The notes: generated by a model from the letters alone, not told the origin. A DNA stretch of 64,000 nt from Hyphomicrobiaceae bacterium (GCA_020637815.1 JACKJS010000001.1:1217416-1281415); one strand, 5' to 3'; positions 40,085 to 50,731 are shown, counted from the stretch's first letter. Numbers and translations: made by a program.

Positions 40085-40765
40085 GTGAGAGGTTTCCTCG
40101 GGAGAGGTTTGTTGGGGCTTAGCAGGGCAGCCACATTCGTCTTGATCGGCGCTGTTTTGACCGGTGCCGTCTTGGGCCTAGCGGCTTGCGGGGGTCCCGG
40201 CGCCAACGCGCCCGAGCCGGTGCCTTTAAAGGACCAATTGCTCGTGCCCGGCCCTCTCGGCGACCGGGAGTATGGCAACCGCAACGCGCCCGTCACGATC
40301 GTGGAGTACGTGTCGCTGACATGCCCCTACTGCCGCGCCTACCACGCGAACGTGTTTCCGCGCGTGAAGCGCGTCTATGTGGACACGGGCAAGGTTCGCT
40401 ACATCATCCGTGAGTTCGCGATCGGCCAAACGGCCGGCACGGCCGCGGTCGTCACGCGATGCGCTCCGAAAAGCAAATATCTGCCGCTCATCGAAGCCTA
40501 TCTTTCCCGGCAGCGCGAATGGGTGAGCCAGGAAGTGCGTCCGGATGCTCTCTACAAGATCGCCAAGTCTCAGGGTATGAGCCGCGCGCAATTTGACAAA
40601 TGCCTATCGAATCAAAGCATTATAGACGGGCTGACGGAGATGAAGCAGCGGGGACGCAAATTGGGCGTCGTCGGGACGCCTACGCTCTTTATCAATGGCC
40701 AAAAGCTTCAAGGCACTGTCACCTTCGAAGAGGTGAAAGCCTTGATTGAACCACAGGCTTCTTAG
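40085..40765 (+). CDS. Second DsbA-family oxidoreductase (CPYC), putative lipoprotein
   Basis: EYVSLTCPYCRAY and GTPTLFING motifs; lipobox LAAC. Confidence 0.88.
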   Translation: MRGFLGRGLLGLSRAATFVLIGAVLTGAVLGLAACGGPGANAPEPVPLKDQLLVPGPLGDREYGNRNAPVTIVEYVSLTCPYCRAYHANVFPRVKRVYVDTGKVRYIIREFAIGQTAGTAAVVTRCAPKSKYLPLIEAYLSRQREWVSQEVRPDALYKIAKSQGMSRAQFDKCLSNQSIIDGLTEMKQRGRKLGVVGTPTLFINGQKLQGTVTFEEVKALIEPQAS

Positions 40766-40868
40766 TCTCCGGCATTGCGAATCGCGCCGTCCCCCGCCAA
40801 GTTCGAGTCTTGTCGCGTATTTGTCGTGGCGTGCGCGTTCCCCGATTCCAGATAAGGATCGTCAGCAG

Positions 40869-43800
40869 GTGCAAATCACCAGACTCCGCCTTCTAGGGTT
40901 CAAATCCTTCGTCGAGCCGACCGAACTCGTGATCGAGCACGGTTTGACCGGCGTTGTCGGTCCGAACGGCTGCGGCAAGTCCAACCTGCTCGAGGCCTTG
41001 CGCTGGGCCATGGGCGAGACGTCCTACAAGAGCATGCGCGGCTCGGCCATGGACGACGTGATCTTCGCCGGTGCCCAAGACCGGCCCGCGCGGAACATGG
41101 CTGAAGTCACTCTATTCATCGACAACAGCAAGCGGCTCGCACCGGCGGAGTTCAACGACGCCGACGTGCTCGAGGTCACGCGCCGGATCGAGCGCGAGGC
41201 AGGCTCGGCCTACCGCGTCAATGGAAAGGACGTGCGTGCGCGCGACATTCGTCTTCTGTTCGAAGACGCGGCGACCGGCGCCCGCTCACCGGCCCTCGTG
41301 CAACAAGGCCGTATCGGCGAGATCGTGAGCGCGACCCCGCTCGAGCGGCGGCGCGTCCTGGAAGATGCCGCCGGCGTCGCCGGGCTTCACAGCCGCCGCC
41401 ATGAGGCCGAATTGCGCTTGAAGGCGGCGGAAAGCAATCTCGCGCGCCTCGCGGATCTGATCGGCCAGTTGAATACGCAACTCCAGGCGACGCGGCGCCA
41501 GGCCCGCCAGGCCAAGCGCTATCGCGACATCTCGACCAGAATCCATGAGATGGAGGCGCTGCTTTACCATCTGCAGTGGGTCGCGGCTTGCGCCCAGGTC
41601 GAGGCCGACGAGTTGGCGTTTCAGGACGCTCTCAAAGCCGTGGCCGAGGAGACGAGAGCCGAAGCCGAGGCCCTGCGCCTCCAGTCCGAAGCGGCCGGAC
41701 AGCTCCAGCCCTTGCGCGACGAAGAGGCTACCCGCGCGGCCGTGCTCCATCGCCTCACCGTCGACCGGGATGCGCTGGAGCGCGAGGAAGCCAGGGCCAA
41801 GGCCCGGCAGGCGGAACTGGAGACACAGCTTGCACACGCCTCCCGCGACCTGGCCCGTGAAGAAGAGCAAATCGCCGAAGCGGAAAAGATGCTGGAAGGC
41901 CTGGGCTCAGAGAAGAGCAAGCTCGAGGCGGTGAGCACGGACGATGGCCACGAGACGCAGTTGCGGGAAGCCGCTGCCGCTGCCGCGAGCGTGCTGGCCG
42001 AGACCGAGACGGCACTGCGCGAGGCAACGACGCACCTTGCCGAGGCGCGCGCCGAGCGCAACCGCCTGGAAAATGAAAAGACGCGCCTTGCAAGCCGCAT
42101 CGCGCAGCTCGAATCTCAGTCCGAGGATTTGGAACAGCAGCTTGCAAAGCTGGAGGCCGAGAGCGGGAGCGAGACAAAGCTCGCCGAACTTACGGCCGAG
42201 GCCGAGCGTCTTTCCGCGCTTATCGAGGAGTCCGGTACGGCCCTCACCGACGCGGAAGCCAGCGAGGAACAGGCCCGTGCCGACGAGACGCGCCTGCGGT
42301 CCGCGCTGGCCGATGCCAAGCTCGCCCGTCAGGAGATCGAGACGGAGCTGGCGACGCTGCTGAAGCTCCTGACCCCGCCGAACGATTGGACGCCCATCGT
42401 CGAGGACGTCCGGATCGAAGCCGGTTACGAACATGCGCTTGGCGCCGCGCTTGGCGACGATTTGGACGCGGCGGCCGAGGATGCCGCACCGGCGCATTGG
42501 CGCATGGTTGCAGGCACTGGCGAGGATCCCGCCCTTCCGGACGGTGCGGTTCCGCTCAGCCAATTCGTTACGGGACCCGAGGCCTTGGCGCGCAGGCTCG
42601 CGCAGATCGGCGTGGTCGATGCGGATCAAGGGTCGGCGCTCCAAGCATCGCTGAAGCCCGGTCAGCGCCTGGTCTCGAAGGACGGCGATCTATGGCGCTG
42701 GGACGGCTACAGCGTCCGGGCTGGCGCCACCACGGCGCAGGGCGCGCGCCTCGAGGAGCGCACGCGACTCGAGGCCCTGAAGACCACGAAGGTCGAGGCC
42801 GAAGACAAGCAGCACGCCGCTGAAGCCGAGTTGGAAGCGGCCGCGCAGGCGAGCCAGGCGGCCAGTCAGGCAACCAAGGATTTGCGCGCGAAAATCAAGG
42901 AGGATCGCGCCGAACTCGATCGCGCTCGGGGCGCCATCGGCGCGGTCGAGCGGGAGATCCAGGCCAACAGCAAGCAATTGGGCGCTCTTGCCGAAGCGCT
43001 GAGCCGGACCAAGGCCGCGCGCGACGAAGCCGACGAACAGGCCGGCGCGGCAACGGAGGCCCTGGCCGCCCTGACCGCGCTCGATGGGCTCGAAGCCGCG
43101 CTCGAAGCCGCTCAAAATAGGACCGCAAGCGCCCGCTCCGACGCGGCGCAGGCCCAGGCGAATCTTAAGGGCTTCGAGAACGAGGTCCGGATTCGCTCGG
43201 AGCGGATCAAGGCAATCTCCGCGGAAGAGGACCTGTGGCGCAAGCGCATCGCCAATGCCCACGACCAAATCGCGGCTTTGACCGACCGCAAGAACGAGAC
43301 CTCTTCCGACCTCGAGGTTCTTGCAAGACTGCCCGCCGAAATCGAGGACCGGCGGAGCAAGTTGGAGAACACCATCGCCGAAGCCGAGCGGGACCGCGCC
43401 AAGGCCGCGGACGATCTCGCCCTGGCGGAGACGTCGTTGCGGGAGCAGGACAAGGTGCTCCGCGCCGTACAGGAACGGCTCTCCGGCTCCCGCGAGACCA
43501 AGGCCCGCGGCGAGGCCCGGCTCGAAGGGGCCCGCGAGCGCCGCTCGGGGCTCGCCCGGCTCATCCGGGAGCAGATCGACTGCGCTCCGGAAGAGTGCCT
43601 GCAGCGCGCCAACCAAAAGGACGGAACGGAACTGCCGCCGCTCGAAGAGGTCGAGACACGTCTCGGCAAACTCAAAGCCGATCGCGAACGCCTCGGCGGG
43701 GTGAACCTTCGCGCCGAGGACGAAGAGATCGAGCTGGCGGCGCAGCTAGAAGAGATGGAGCGGGAAAAAGGCGACGTCGAGGAAGCCATTGCCCAGCTCC

Positions 43801-44318
43801 GCCAGGGGATTTCCAGCCTTAACCGGGAAGGCCGTAAGCGGCTCCTGGAGGCTTTCGATACGGTCAACGCGCATTTCACACGCCTGTTCCAGACCCTGTT
43901 TGGCGGCGGCACCGCGGAGCTACGGCTTGTAGACTCCGACGATCCGCTGGAATCGGGCCTCGAGATCTTCGCCCAGCCGCCCGGCAAAAAGACGCAGACT
44001 CTGACGCTGATGTCCGGCGGTGAGAAGGCCCTCACCGCGCTGGCGCTGATTTTTGCGGTGTTTCTCACCAATCCCTCGCCCATCTGCGTGCTGGACGAGG
44101 TGGACGCGCCACTCGACGATGCGAATGTGGACCGCTTCTGCCGGCTCATGGAGGAGATGTCGAAGGAGACGAATACGCGTTTCCTCATCATCACCCATCA
44201 TCCGCTCACCATGGCCCGCATGAGCCGCTTGTTCGGCGTCACCATGCAGGAAAGGGGCGTGAGCCAGCTCGTTTCCGTCGATCTGGAAACGGCCGAGCAG
44301 CTACGCGATGCAAGCTAG
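40869..44318 (+). CDS. smc: Chromosome segregation protein SMC
   Basis: GFKSF, GPNGCGKSN, long coiled coils, MSGGEKAL and LDEVDAPLD. Confidence 0.97.
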   Translation: MQITRLRLLGFKSFVEPTELVIEHGLTGVVGPNGCGKSNLLEALRWAMGETSYKSMRGSAMDDVIFAGAQDRPARNMAEVTLFIDNSKRLAPAEFNDADVLEVTRRIEREAGSAYRVNGKDVRARDIRLLFEDAATGARSPALVQQGRIGEIVSATPLERRRVLEDAAGVAGLHSRRHEAELRLKAAESNLARLADLIGQLNTQLQATRRQARQAKRYRDISTRIHEMEALLYHLQWVAACAQVEADELAFQDALKAVAEETRAEAEALRLQSEAAGQLQPLRDEEATRAAVLHRLTVDRDALEREEARAKARQAELETQLAHASRDLAREEEQIAEAEKMLEGLGSEKSKLEAVSTDDGHETQLREAAAAAASVLAETETALREATTHLAEARAERNRLENEKTRLASRIAQLESQSEDLEQQLAKLEAESGSETKLAELTAEAERLSALIEESGTALTDAEASEEQARADETRLRSALADAKLARQEIETELATLLKLLTPPNDWTPIVEDVRIEAGYEHALGAALGDDLDAAAEDAAPAHWRMVAGTGEDPALPDGAVPLSQFVTGPEALARRLAQIGVVDADQGSALQASLKPGQRLVSKDGDLWRWDGYSVRAGATTAQGARLEERTRLEALKTTKVEAEDKQHAAEAELEAAAQASQAASQATKDLRAKIKEDRAELDRARGAIGAVEREIQANSKQLGALAEALSRTKAARDEADEQAGAATEALAALTALDGLEAALEAAQNRTASARSDAAQAQANLKGFENEVRIRSERIKAISAEEDLWRKRIANAHDQIAALTDRKNETSSDLEVLARLPAEIEDRRSKLENTIAEAERDRAKAADDLALAETSLREQDKVLRAVQERLSGSRETKARGEARLEGARERRSGLARLIREQIDCAPEECLQRANQKDGTELPPLEEVETRLGKLKADRERLGGVNLRAEDEEIELAAQLEEMEREKGDVEEAIAQLRQGISSLNREGRKRLLEAFDTVNAHFTRLFQTLFGGGTAELRLVDSDDPLESGLEIFAQPPGKKTQTLTLMSGGEKALTALALIFAVFLTNPSPICVLDEVDAPLDDANVDRFCRLMEEMSKETNTRFLIITHHPLTMARMSRLFGVTMQERGVSQLVSVDLETAEQLRDAS

Positions 44319-44392
44319 CGGCAGCAACCACGCGTGGTTCTCTCCTACCGCTGGTCATCGTTTTGGAAAACAGTCCGACTGCGAAGTGGGAC

Positions 44393-44424
44393 ATTCTTGA
44401 CAGTCAAGAATCCCTCACTAAAGT
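44393..44424 (+). promoter_or_regulatory. atp F0 operon promoter (-35 TTGACA, -10 TAAAGT) embedded in the perfect palindrome ATTCTTGAC-A-GTCAAGAAT
   Basis: Read directly from the sequence; includes GAATC at 44408-44412. Confidence 0.6.
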
Positions 44425-44485
44425 GCGCCCCAAGCTTGAGGACCAGCCGGTTCTTGATGGCTCTCCCGGAGATTGAGTAACGCCA

Positions 44486-44866
44486 ATGCCCGGAGCCGAA
44501 AAACAGTCGGGTTCCGCGAACAACGGACGCGACGCGGAGGCTATTCGGCGGCGGCTTGACGCTCTCGAAGGAAAGCTGGCGGAGGCGCACGGCCGCCGCC
44601 CGCACCAAGAGCCGCCGGAAGGACGGGGCAAGGCCATGGGCCAGGCCCTCAGGCTAGCGACAGAACTGGTCGCGGGCGTAGCTGTTGGGGGAGGCATCGG
44701 CTGGGCACTTGATTGGTTGTTTGGTACGACGCCGTTCTTGATGTTGACGTTCGTGGTTCTCGGAGCCGCAGCGGGCATCATGAATGTGGTACGAACCGCC
44801 AAGGAAATGCAGGGCGAACCGATGCCAGGCCATCATCTTCGTAAGGTGGTGGACGACGACGACTAG
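44486..44866 (+). CDS. atpI: ATP synthase protein I (AtpZ/AtpI family)
   Basis: ELVAGVAVGGGIGWALDWLFGTTPF..GIMNVVR; first gene of the F0 operon. Confidence 0.9.
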   Translation: MPGAEKQSGSANNGRDAEAIRRRLDALEGKLAEAHGRRPHQEPPEGRGKAMGQALRLATELVAGVAVGGGIGWALDWLFGTTPFLMLTFVVLGAAAGIMNVVRTAKEMQGEPMPGHHLRKVVDDDD

Positions 44867-44883
44867 GGGCGAGGACCGGAGCT

Positions 44884-45681
44884 TTGAATTGGATTGGGGC
44901 AGCTTACGCTTCTGAAGGCGCAGAACACGGGGGTGGACACGGCGGCGGAACCGGGCTGCCGGATCCGATGCACCAGTTCGAAATCAGGCGGCTTATCCCG
45001 CTAGAGCTCTTCGGTTTCGACGCGTCTTTCACGAACTCCGCTCTCTTCATGGCTATTGCCGCCGCGGTGATCACGCTGGCTGCTCTGTTCGCCATGCGCA
45101 ACGGCTCGCTGATTCCGGGCCGTATGCAGTCGGTGGTGGAACTCTCCTATCAGTTCGTGGCCAACATGGTGCGCGACAACGTCGGAACCGAAGGGATGAA
45201 ATATTTCCCCTTCATCTTCACGCTGTTCGTCTTCGTGCTCACGCTGAACATGCTTGGCATGGTGCCCTACTCCTTCACCGTGACCAGCCACATCGCCGTG
45301 ACGTTCGCGCTCGCCGCATTCATCTTCATCGGCGTGACGCTGATCGGCTTCTGGAAGCACGGCGCTGGATTTCTGAAGTTCTTCGTGCCGTCCGGCGTAC
45401 CCTTCGTCATGCTGCCGCTTCTCGTGGTTATCGAGGTCATCTCCTACCTGACGCGGCCTGTGAGCCTCTCGGTTCGTCTCTTTGCCAACATGATGGCCGG
45501 CCACACCATGCTGAAAGTGTTCGGCTCTTTCGTGGTGGCGCTCGGCCTGCTTGGCGGATGGGCCGCTCTTGCCTTCATGGTGGCCTTCACGGGTCTCGAG
45601 CTTTTGGTGGCGTTCCTGCAAGCCTATGTGTTCGCCATCCTCACCTGCATTTATCTCAACGATGCGCTTCATATGCACTGA
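44884..45681 (+). CDS. atpB: F0F1 ATP synthase subunit a
   Basis: DPMHQF, RPVSLSVRLFANMMAGH and LQAYVF motifs; start at TTG 44884 or ATG 44968. Confidence 0.97.
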   Translation: MNWIGAAYASEGAEHGGGHGGGTGLPDPMHQFEIRRLIPLELFGFDASFTNSALFMAIAAAVITLAALFAMRNGSLIPGRMQSVVELSYQFVANMVRDNVGTEGMKYFPFIFTLFVFVLTLNMLGMVPYSFTVTSHIAVTFALAAFIFIGVTLIGFWKHGAGFLKFFVPSGVPFVMLPLLVVIEVISYLTRPVSLSVRLFANMMAGHTMLKVFGSFVVALGLLGGWAALAFMVAFTGLELLVAFLQAYVFAILTCIYLNDALHMH

Positions 45682-45720
45682 GGCATCACGTCAAATCGAT
45701 CGTTCCAAGGAGACAGAATT

Positions 45721-45948
45721 ATGGAAGCAGAAGCAGCAAAACTGATCGGCGCAGGCCTTGCCTCGATCGCCCTAGTCGGCGCCGGTGTCGGCATCGGCAC
45801 CATCTTCGGCAATTACCTTCAGGGCGCACTGCGCAATCCGTCGGCGGCTCAGTCGCAGTTCGCCAATCTGCTGCTCGGCTTTGCTCTCGCGGAAGCGACG
45901 GGGCTGTTCGGCCTCGTGGTGGCGCTGATCATCCTGTTCGTGTTCTAG
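45721..45948 (+). CDS. atpE: F0F1 ATP synthase subunit c
   Basis: GAGVGIG..ALRNPSAA..GFALAEA. Confidence 0.98.
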   Translation: MEAEAAKLIGAGLASIALVGAGVGIGTIFGNYLQGALRNPSAAQSQFANLLLGFALAEATGLFGLVVALIILFVF

Positions 45949-45986
45949 TCTGAGCCGCGTTAGGCTCTCGCAAGAGGACACGATCC

Positions 45987-46472
45987 ATGCCGCAACTCAA
46001 TCCGCTCGATTGGGCTCCGCAGCTCATCTGGCTGGCTATCACCTTCGGCATTCTTTACGTGCTGATGTTGAAGATCGCGCTGCCGCGCATTGGCAGCGTG
46101 ATCGAAAAGCGCGCGGCGAAAATCGCGGGCGATCTGGGAGCCGCCGAGAAAGCGAAACGGGATACCGAAGAGGCCCTGGCCGGCTACGAGCAGGCCCTTG
46201 CCGAGGCAAAGCAGAAGGCGCACGCCATCATCGAAGAAGGCCGCGCCAAGCTGAAAGCCGAGACCGATGCGGAACGTGCCAAGCTCGAACAAGAACTGGC
46301 AGCCAAATCGGCGGAGGCCGCGGCACGGATCGAAAAGGCCACAGAGGCGGCCATGAAGGACATCAACAGCGTTGCGACCGATGCCGCCGCCGATATCGTG
46401 CGGCAGCTCATCGGCGTGGCTCCCTCAAAGGCAGACCTCGAAAAGGCCGTCACGGCGGCGCGGAAAGCGTAA
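45987..46472 (+). CDS. atpG: F0F1 ATP synthase subunit b'
   Basis: PQLIWLAITFGILY..LPRIG followed by a coiled coil. Confidence 0.92.
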   Translation: MPQLNPLDWAPQLIWLAITFGILYVLMLKIALPRIGSVIEKRAAKIAGDLGAAEKAKRDTEEALAGYEQALAEAKQKAHAIIEEGRAKLKAETDAERAKLEQELAAKSAEAAARIEKATEAAMKDINSVATDAAADIVRQLIGVAPSKADLEKAVTAARKA

Positions 46473-46476
46473 AGAG

Positions 46477-46968
46477 ATGGATTTCCTCGGTACGGCAGAA
46501 TTCTGGGTCGCGGTCTCCTTCTTCTTGTTCCTCTGCCTCGTCGCGTATTTCGGGGTTCACAAGAAGATCGCGGTCGCGCTGGACGAGCGGGCCGCTGCGA
46601 TCGCCAAGGAACTCGCGGACGCCAAGGCCCTGCGTGAAGAGGCCGAAGCCGTCCTCGCCGACTACCGCAAGAAGACGGGCAATGCCGCCGAGGAGGCGCA
46701 GAACATCATCGAGCTGGCCGCCAAGGAAGCCGAGGCACTCGCCCTGGAAACCTCTCGCACAATGACCGAGAAGTTCGAGCGGCGCATGAAGGTCGCCGAG
46801 GAAAAGATCGCTCAGGCCGAGGCCGATGCGCTCCGGGACGTGCGGGCCGCCGCCGCTGACGCGGCCGTCGCCGCTGCCCAAGCAGTGATCTCCGGATCGC
46901 TGACCGCCGAGACAGCCGACAAGCTGATCGGCGCCGGAATCGACGACCTAAAGTCGAAGCTCAACTAG
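46477..46968 (+). CDS. atpF: F0F1 ATP synthase subunit b
   Basis: AEFWVAVSF..LDERAAAIAKEL..LREEA. Confidence 0.93.
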   Translation: MDFLGTAEFWVAVSFFLFLCLVAYFGVHKKIAVALDERAAAIAKELADAKALREEAEAVLADYRKKTGNAAEEAQNIIELAAKEAEALALETSRTMTEKFERRMKVAEEKIAQAEADALRDVRAAAADAAVAAAQAVISGSLTAETADKLIGAGIDDLKSKLN

Positions 46969-47069
46969 GGCAACCGTTCCCCAAACGTCTTCCCGGCCTT
47001 GCGCCGGGACACCGTTCTGCTCATCGCACATTTCCGGCCCGCCGGTGGCGGGAAGCCGGCGTTCGTGCG

Positions 47070-47876
47070 TTAGCGTATCACCGCGATGATTGGGCCATAG
47101 CCGCCATGAGCAGGCGGATCGTTGCGTTCCAGTTCCGGTACGTAGAGCCCCGGCGCCCAGCCGCCATCGAGGAACAGGGCGTTCTTCACTCCCAGACCGT
47201 CCCGAAAGGCGCGTGCGAAGTCGTAGAAGCTGACTTGGCCCCGCGTCATCACGAAATAGATCTTGCCGTCGGGGCCAATGCCGACACCGTCGCGCGGTTT
47301 GACGTCCTTGGAGTTCGCGATGAAGGCCGGATGAATGACGCCGTCGATCACGAGCATCGGACCCGACTGGGTTGCAAAGGCGGCTTTGGGCTTCCGAGCG
47401 AGAAACTGTCCGGTTTCCAGGACGCCGGCGCCCCCCTTTCCCCAAAAGAACACGCCGTTGGGCCTTTTGTAGAAATTCGGAACTTGGCCCGGCTGGCCTT
47501 TCACGGTCTTTGTGTTGGCCCGCGAGAGGACATGTCCGTTTTCGATGTGAAGCCCGACGGGACTGAGATCTCGCTCGTACATGCCGCCATTCATGGCAAA
47601 GAGGAGCGTCCGGGCCTCTCTTTGAAGCGCGCGAGAGAGCGCGTCGAATGTGCGATAGGGACGCCCGTCCGGTGTTAGCCAGAAAAGCCGAAGATCGTCC
47701 ACGGCGGGGTCGAACCGGCAGACGATATAGGACGTACCGAGAAGGGCTTGGTCGCGGCAAGGTCTGGCCGGGGCCGTGCTGGCGCCCAAGGCCAATCCCA
47801 AGATCGAACTCAGGGTCGAACTCAAGGCGGCAACGATAAGAAGCAGAGCGAGCCTTCGCACGATCGGAACCGGCAT
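47070..47876 (-). CDS. Exported phosphodiester glycosidase family protein (YigE/NAGPA-like)
   Basis: FAMNGGMY, NFYKRPNGVF, ATQSGPMLVIDG and NALFLDGG motifs. Confidence 0.85.
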   Translation of the reverse strand: MPVPIVRRLALLLIVAALSSTLSSILGLALGASTAPARPCRDQALLGTSYIVCRFDPAVDDLRLFWLTPDGRPYRTFDALSRALQREARTLLFAMNGGMYERDLSPVGLHIENGHVLSRANTKTVKGQPGQVPNFYKRPNGVFFWGKGGAGVLETGQFLARKPKAAFATQSGPMLVIDGVIHPAFIANSKDVKPRDGVGIGPDGKIYFVMTRGQVSFYDFARAFRDGLGVKNALFLDGGWAPGLYVPELERNDPPAHGGYGPIIAVIR

Positions 47877-47878
47877 CC

Positions 47879-48538
47879 CTATTTCAGGGCCACGAAGATC
47901 TTGTAATCCTCTAGCCGCGTGCCGGTTCGCACGGGCAAGGAGATCTCCCTCACCATGGAGAAATATCCAACCGTTTGGTCCCCGGGGACTGTCACTCGAA
48001 CCGACCCACGGTTGCGCGCAAGTTGTGCCTGGTAGGCATCCTGCGCGGTCACCGACACCGGCAGTGTGAAACTGCCGGGATAGCCCTTGGGCCCAAGAAG
48101 CACGCGGCCGGCATAGCCGTATTTCACGACGACGCGGCCGCCATAGACGTGGCACTCACGGGAGAGCTTGGTGATTTCACCCCGATAGACGATGAAGTTC
48201 GCATCGCCGTCATGGCCGTTTTGATAAACGGTTTTCAGCTTCTCGTTCGGCCAAGCGACGACCTGTGGACACGTCGGGGATCGGCCATCGGCATAATTCG
48301 CGGCGGGCGCAGCGGCAGGCACGGCCGTGGGAACCTCTGCAGGGGCCATGGCCAAATCGGCGCCCGCTGGCAGCCTGTCGGGCAAACGCTCGCTCGAAAA
48401 CCCGGACGCTCCCAGCCCCTCACCGCCGCCACAACCGGAGACGAACGTCAGCCCCGCACAGAGTGCACAGACCCTGATCGCATCTCGCAACAACCGCCCG
48501 TCTCTGCGCCTCACCACTCGCCGTCCTTCGCTTGACAT
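47879..48538 (-). CDS. Conserved hypothetical lipoprotein
   Basis: Lipobox VSGC; CPQV..GEITKLSREC..AGRVLLGPKG motifs. Confidence 0.72.
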   Translation of the reverse strand: MSSEGRRVVRRRDGRLLRDAIRVCALCAGLTFVSGCGGGEGLGASGFSSERLPDRLPAGADLAMAPAEVPTAVPAAAPAANYADGRSPTCPQVVAWPNEKLKTVYQNGHDGDANFIVYRGEITKLSRECHVYGGRVVVKYGYAGRVLLGPKGYPGSFTLPVSVTAQDAYQAQLARNRGSVRVTVPGDQTVGYFSMVREISLPVRTGTRLEDYKIFVALK

Positions 48539-48769
48539 GCCCGGCGTCCAAGCCTGATATGCCCGAGCGCGCCGCGACGTGTATTTTGAACGACCGGGGC
48601 GCTTCCGGGCCACCAATGGTGCCGAAACTATCGGCCCGTGTCAGTCCCTACAAGACCAGTGTTGGATTCGTCATTCGGGCACGGAATTATTTCTAGGGAC
48701 CAAACTTGGCACTGTTTTAGGCTGAATTGGGGCCATTATAGTCCGAGGAACCTTATATCTGGAGCGTCG

Positions 48770-49762
48770 ATGACTGGTACTCATCCAGCAAAGCCACGGA
48801 ACGACGGCCGTCCGCCTTTGACGATTTATCTCGCATCGCCGCGCGGGTTCTGCGCGGGCGTGGATCGGGCAATTCAGATCGTCGAGCTGGCGCTTCAGAA
48901 ATACGGCGCGCCGGTCTATGTGCGCCACGCCATCGTGCATAACCGGTATGTGGTCGATTCGCTGAAGGCGAAAGGCGCGGTCTTCGTCGAGGAACTGGAT
49001 GAGATTCCCGAAACGGATGCGCCCATCGTCTTCTCGGCCCATGGCGTTCCGAAATCCGTTCCGGCGGCGGCACGCAACCGGCGCATGTTCGTCTTGGACG
49101 CGACATGCCCGCTTGTGTCCAAGGTTCACATCGAGGCGGAACGGCTGTTCGAGCGCGGCCAAGAAATTTTGTTGATCGGCCATGCGGGTCATCCCGAAGT
49201 CGTCGGCACGACGGGTCAATTGCCGCAAGGCGCCGTGCATCTGATCGAAACGATCGACGACGCGAACAGCTTCAGCCCCAAGGATCCTACGAAGCTCGCG
49301 GTCATCACCCAAACCACATTGTCTGTCGACGATACGCGCGACATCCTGGCGATCCTGCAGGATCGCTTCCCAGACATTGTCATTCCACGTAAGGACGATA
49401 TTTGTTACGCGACGACCAACCGGCAGGATGCGGTCAAACGGATCGCGCCCCAATGCGAGCGGATGATCGTGGTCGGCTCCCCGAACAGCTCGAATTCGCT
49501 GCGCCTCGTCGAGGTCGCCGAGCGGGCCGGCTGTCCGCGCGCCATGCTCATGGAACTCAGTAGCGAAATCGATTGGAGCGAGTTCGAGGGTATTCGCAGC
49601 CTCGGCGTCACGGCGGGCGCCTCCGCGCCCGAGGTCCTGGTGGACAGCATGATCGATGCATTCGCCGAGCGCTTCGATGTCACGGTAGAGACCGTGACAA
49701 CCGCGCAGGAGAACATCTCCTTCAAGCTCCCGCGTCAATTGCGAGAAGTGTCGGCGGCGTAG
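48770..49762 (+). CDS. ispH: 4-hydroxy-3-methylbut-2-enyl diphosphate reductase
   Basis: [27 protein letters not shown] and TAGASAPE motifs. Confidence 0.97.
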   Translation: MTGTHPAKPRNDGRPPLTIYLASPRGFCAGVDRAIQIVELALQKYGAPVYVRHAIVHNRYVVDSLKAKGAVFVEELDEIPETDAPIVFSAHGVPKSVPAAARNRRMFVLDATCPLVSKVHIEAERLFERGQEILLIGHAGHPEVVGTTGQLPQGAVHLIETIDDANSFSPKDPTKLAVITQTTLSVDDTRDILAILQDRFPDIVIPRKDDICYATTNRQDAVKRIAPQCERMIVVGSPNSSNSLRLVEVAERAGCPRAMLMELSSEIDWSEFEGIRSLGVTAGASAPEVLVDSMIDAFAERFDVTVETVTTAQENISFKLPRQLREVSAA

Positions 49763-50731
49763 ATGGCTGTTTACACCGACGTTAGCGACGAGGAGCTGGA
49801 AGCCTTCATCGCGAGCTACGACATCGGCGCCCTGACATCGTTCAAGGGCATCGCCGAAGGCGTCGAGAACACCAACTATCTCGTTCATACCGGGGCGGGA
49901 CCGTACATTCTCACCCTCTACGAGAAGCGCGTGCGGTCCAACGATCTACCCTACTTCCTTTCGCTGATGGAGCACCTGGCGGCGGCCGGAATCACCTGCC
50001 CCTTGCCGGTCCGCGGCCGTGACGGCAGTGTCTTGCGGGAACTCGCCGGACGCCCCGCCGCCCTGATCAGCTTCTTGGAGGGCGTTTGGATCCGGCGCCC
50101 TGGAATCGCCCATTGCACGGAGCTCGGCACCGCGCTCGCGAAGTTTCATCGCGCGGGCTTCGACTTTCCCATGCGCCGGGACAACGATCTTTCGCTTCCC
50201 GGTTGGCGCGCGCTGTTCGACGACGTCCGCGACCAAGCCGACACAGTAATCCCCGGCCTGCGCGACGAGATCGCCGGGGAGCTCGACTTTCTCGGCAGCC
50301 ACTGGCGGAATGACTTGCCGGTCAGTGTGATCCACGCCGATCTGTTTCCCGACAATGTATTCTTTCTCGGCGACAAGCTGTCGGGTCTGATCGACTTCTA
50401 CTTCGCTTGCAACGACATGCTCGCCTATGACTTGGCGGTTTGTCTGAACGCCTGGTGCTTCGAGCCCGACGCGTCGTTCAACGTCACCAAGGCACGCGCG
50501 ATGTTGCAGGCTTACGGCGATGAGCGGCCTTTGACGGACGCTGAGCTCGACGCGCTTCCCCTCCTCGCGCGCGGCGCGGCGTTGCGCTTTCTGTTGACCC
50601 GTACTTACGACTTCCTCAATACGGATGCCAACGCGCTGGTGAAGACCAAGGACCCGCGTGAGTATTTGCGCAAGCTGCGCTTTCACCGCCTGGTGCGCTC
50701 CTATCGCGACTACGGTCTCGGGTCCACTTGA
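49763..50731 (+). CDS. thrB: Homoserine kinase (type II, APH fold)
   Basis: [25 protein letters not shown] and IDFYFAC motifs. Confidence 0.95.
   Translation: MAVYTDVSDEELEAFIASYDIGALTSFKGIAEGVENTNYLVHTGAGPYILTLYEKRVRSNDLPYFLSLMEHLAAAGITCPLPVRGRDGSVLRELAGRPAALISFLEGVWIRRPGIAHCTELGTALAKFHRAGFDFPMRRDNDLSLPGWRALFDDVRDQADTVIPGLRDEIAGELDFLGSHWRNDLPVSVIHADLFPDNVFFLGDKLSGLIDFYFACNDMLAYDLAVCLNAWCFEPDASFNVTKARAMLQAYGDERPLTDAELDALPLLARGAALRFLLTRTYDFLNTDANALVKTKDPREYLRKLRFHRLVRSYRDYGLGST

Noticed and set aside
40869-44318. SMC as a Wadjet/Lamassu-type defence ATPase
   Set aside because: Canonical housekeeping smc in the mutY-dciA-dsbA-smc-atpI context, with no jet or lmu partner genes
48706-48722. TGGCAC upstream of ispH as a sigma54 promoter
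   Set aside because: The -12 TTGC element is missing at the required spacing
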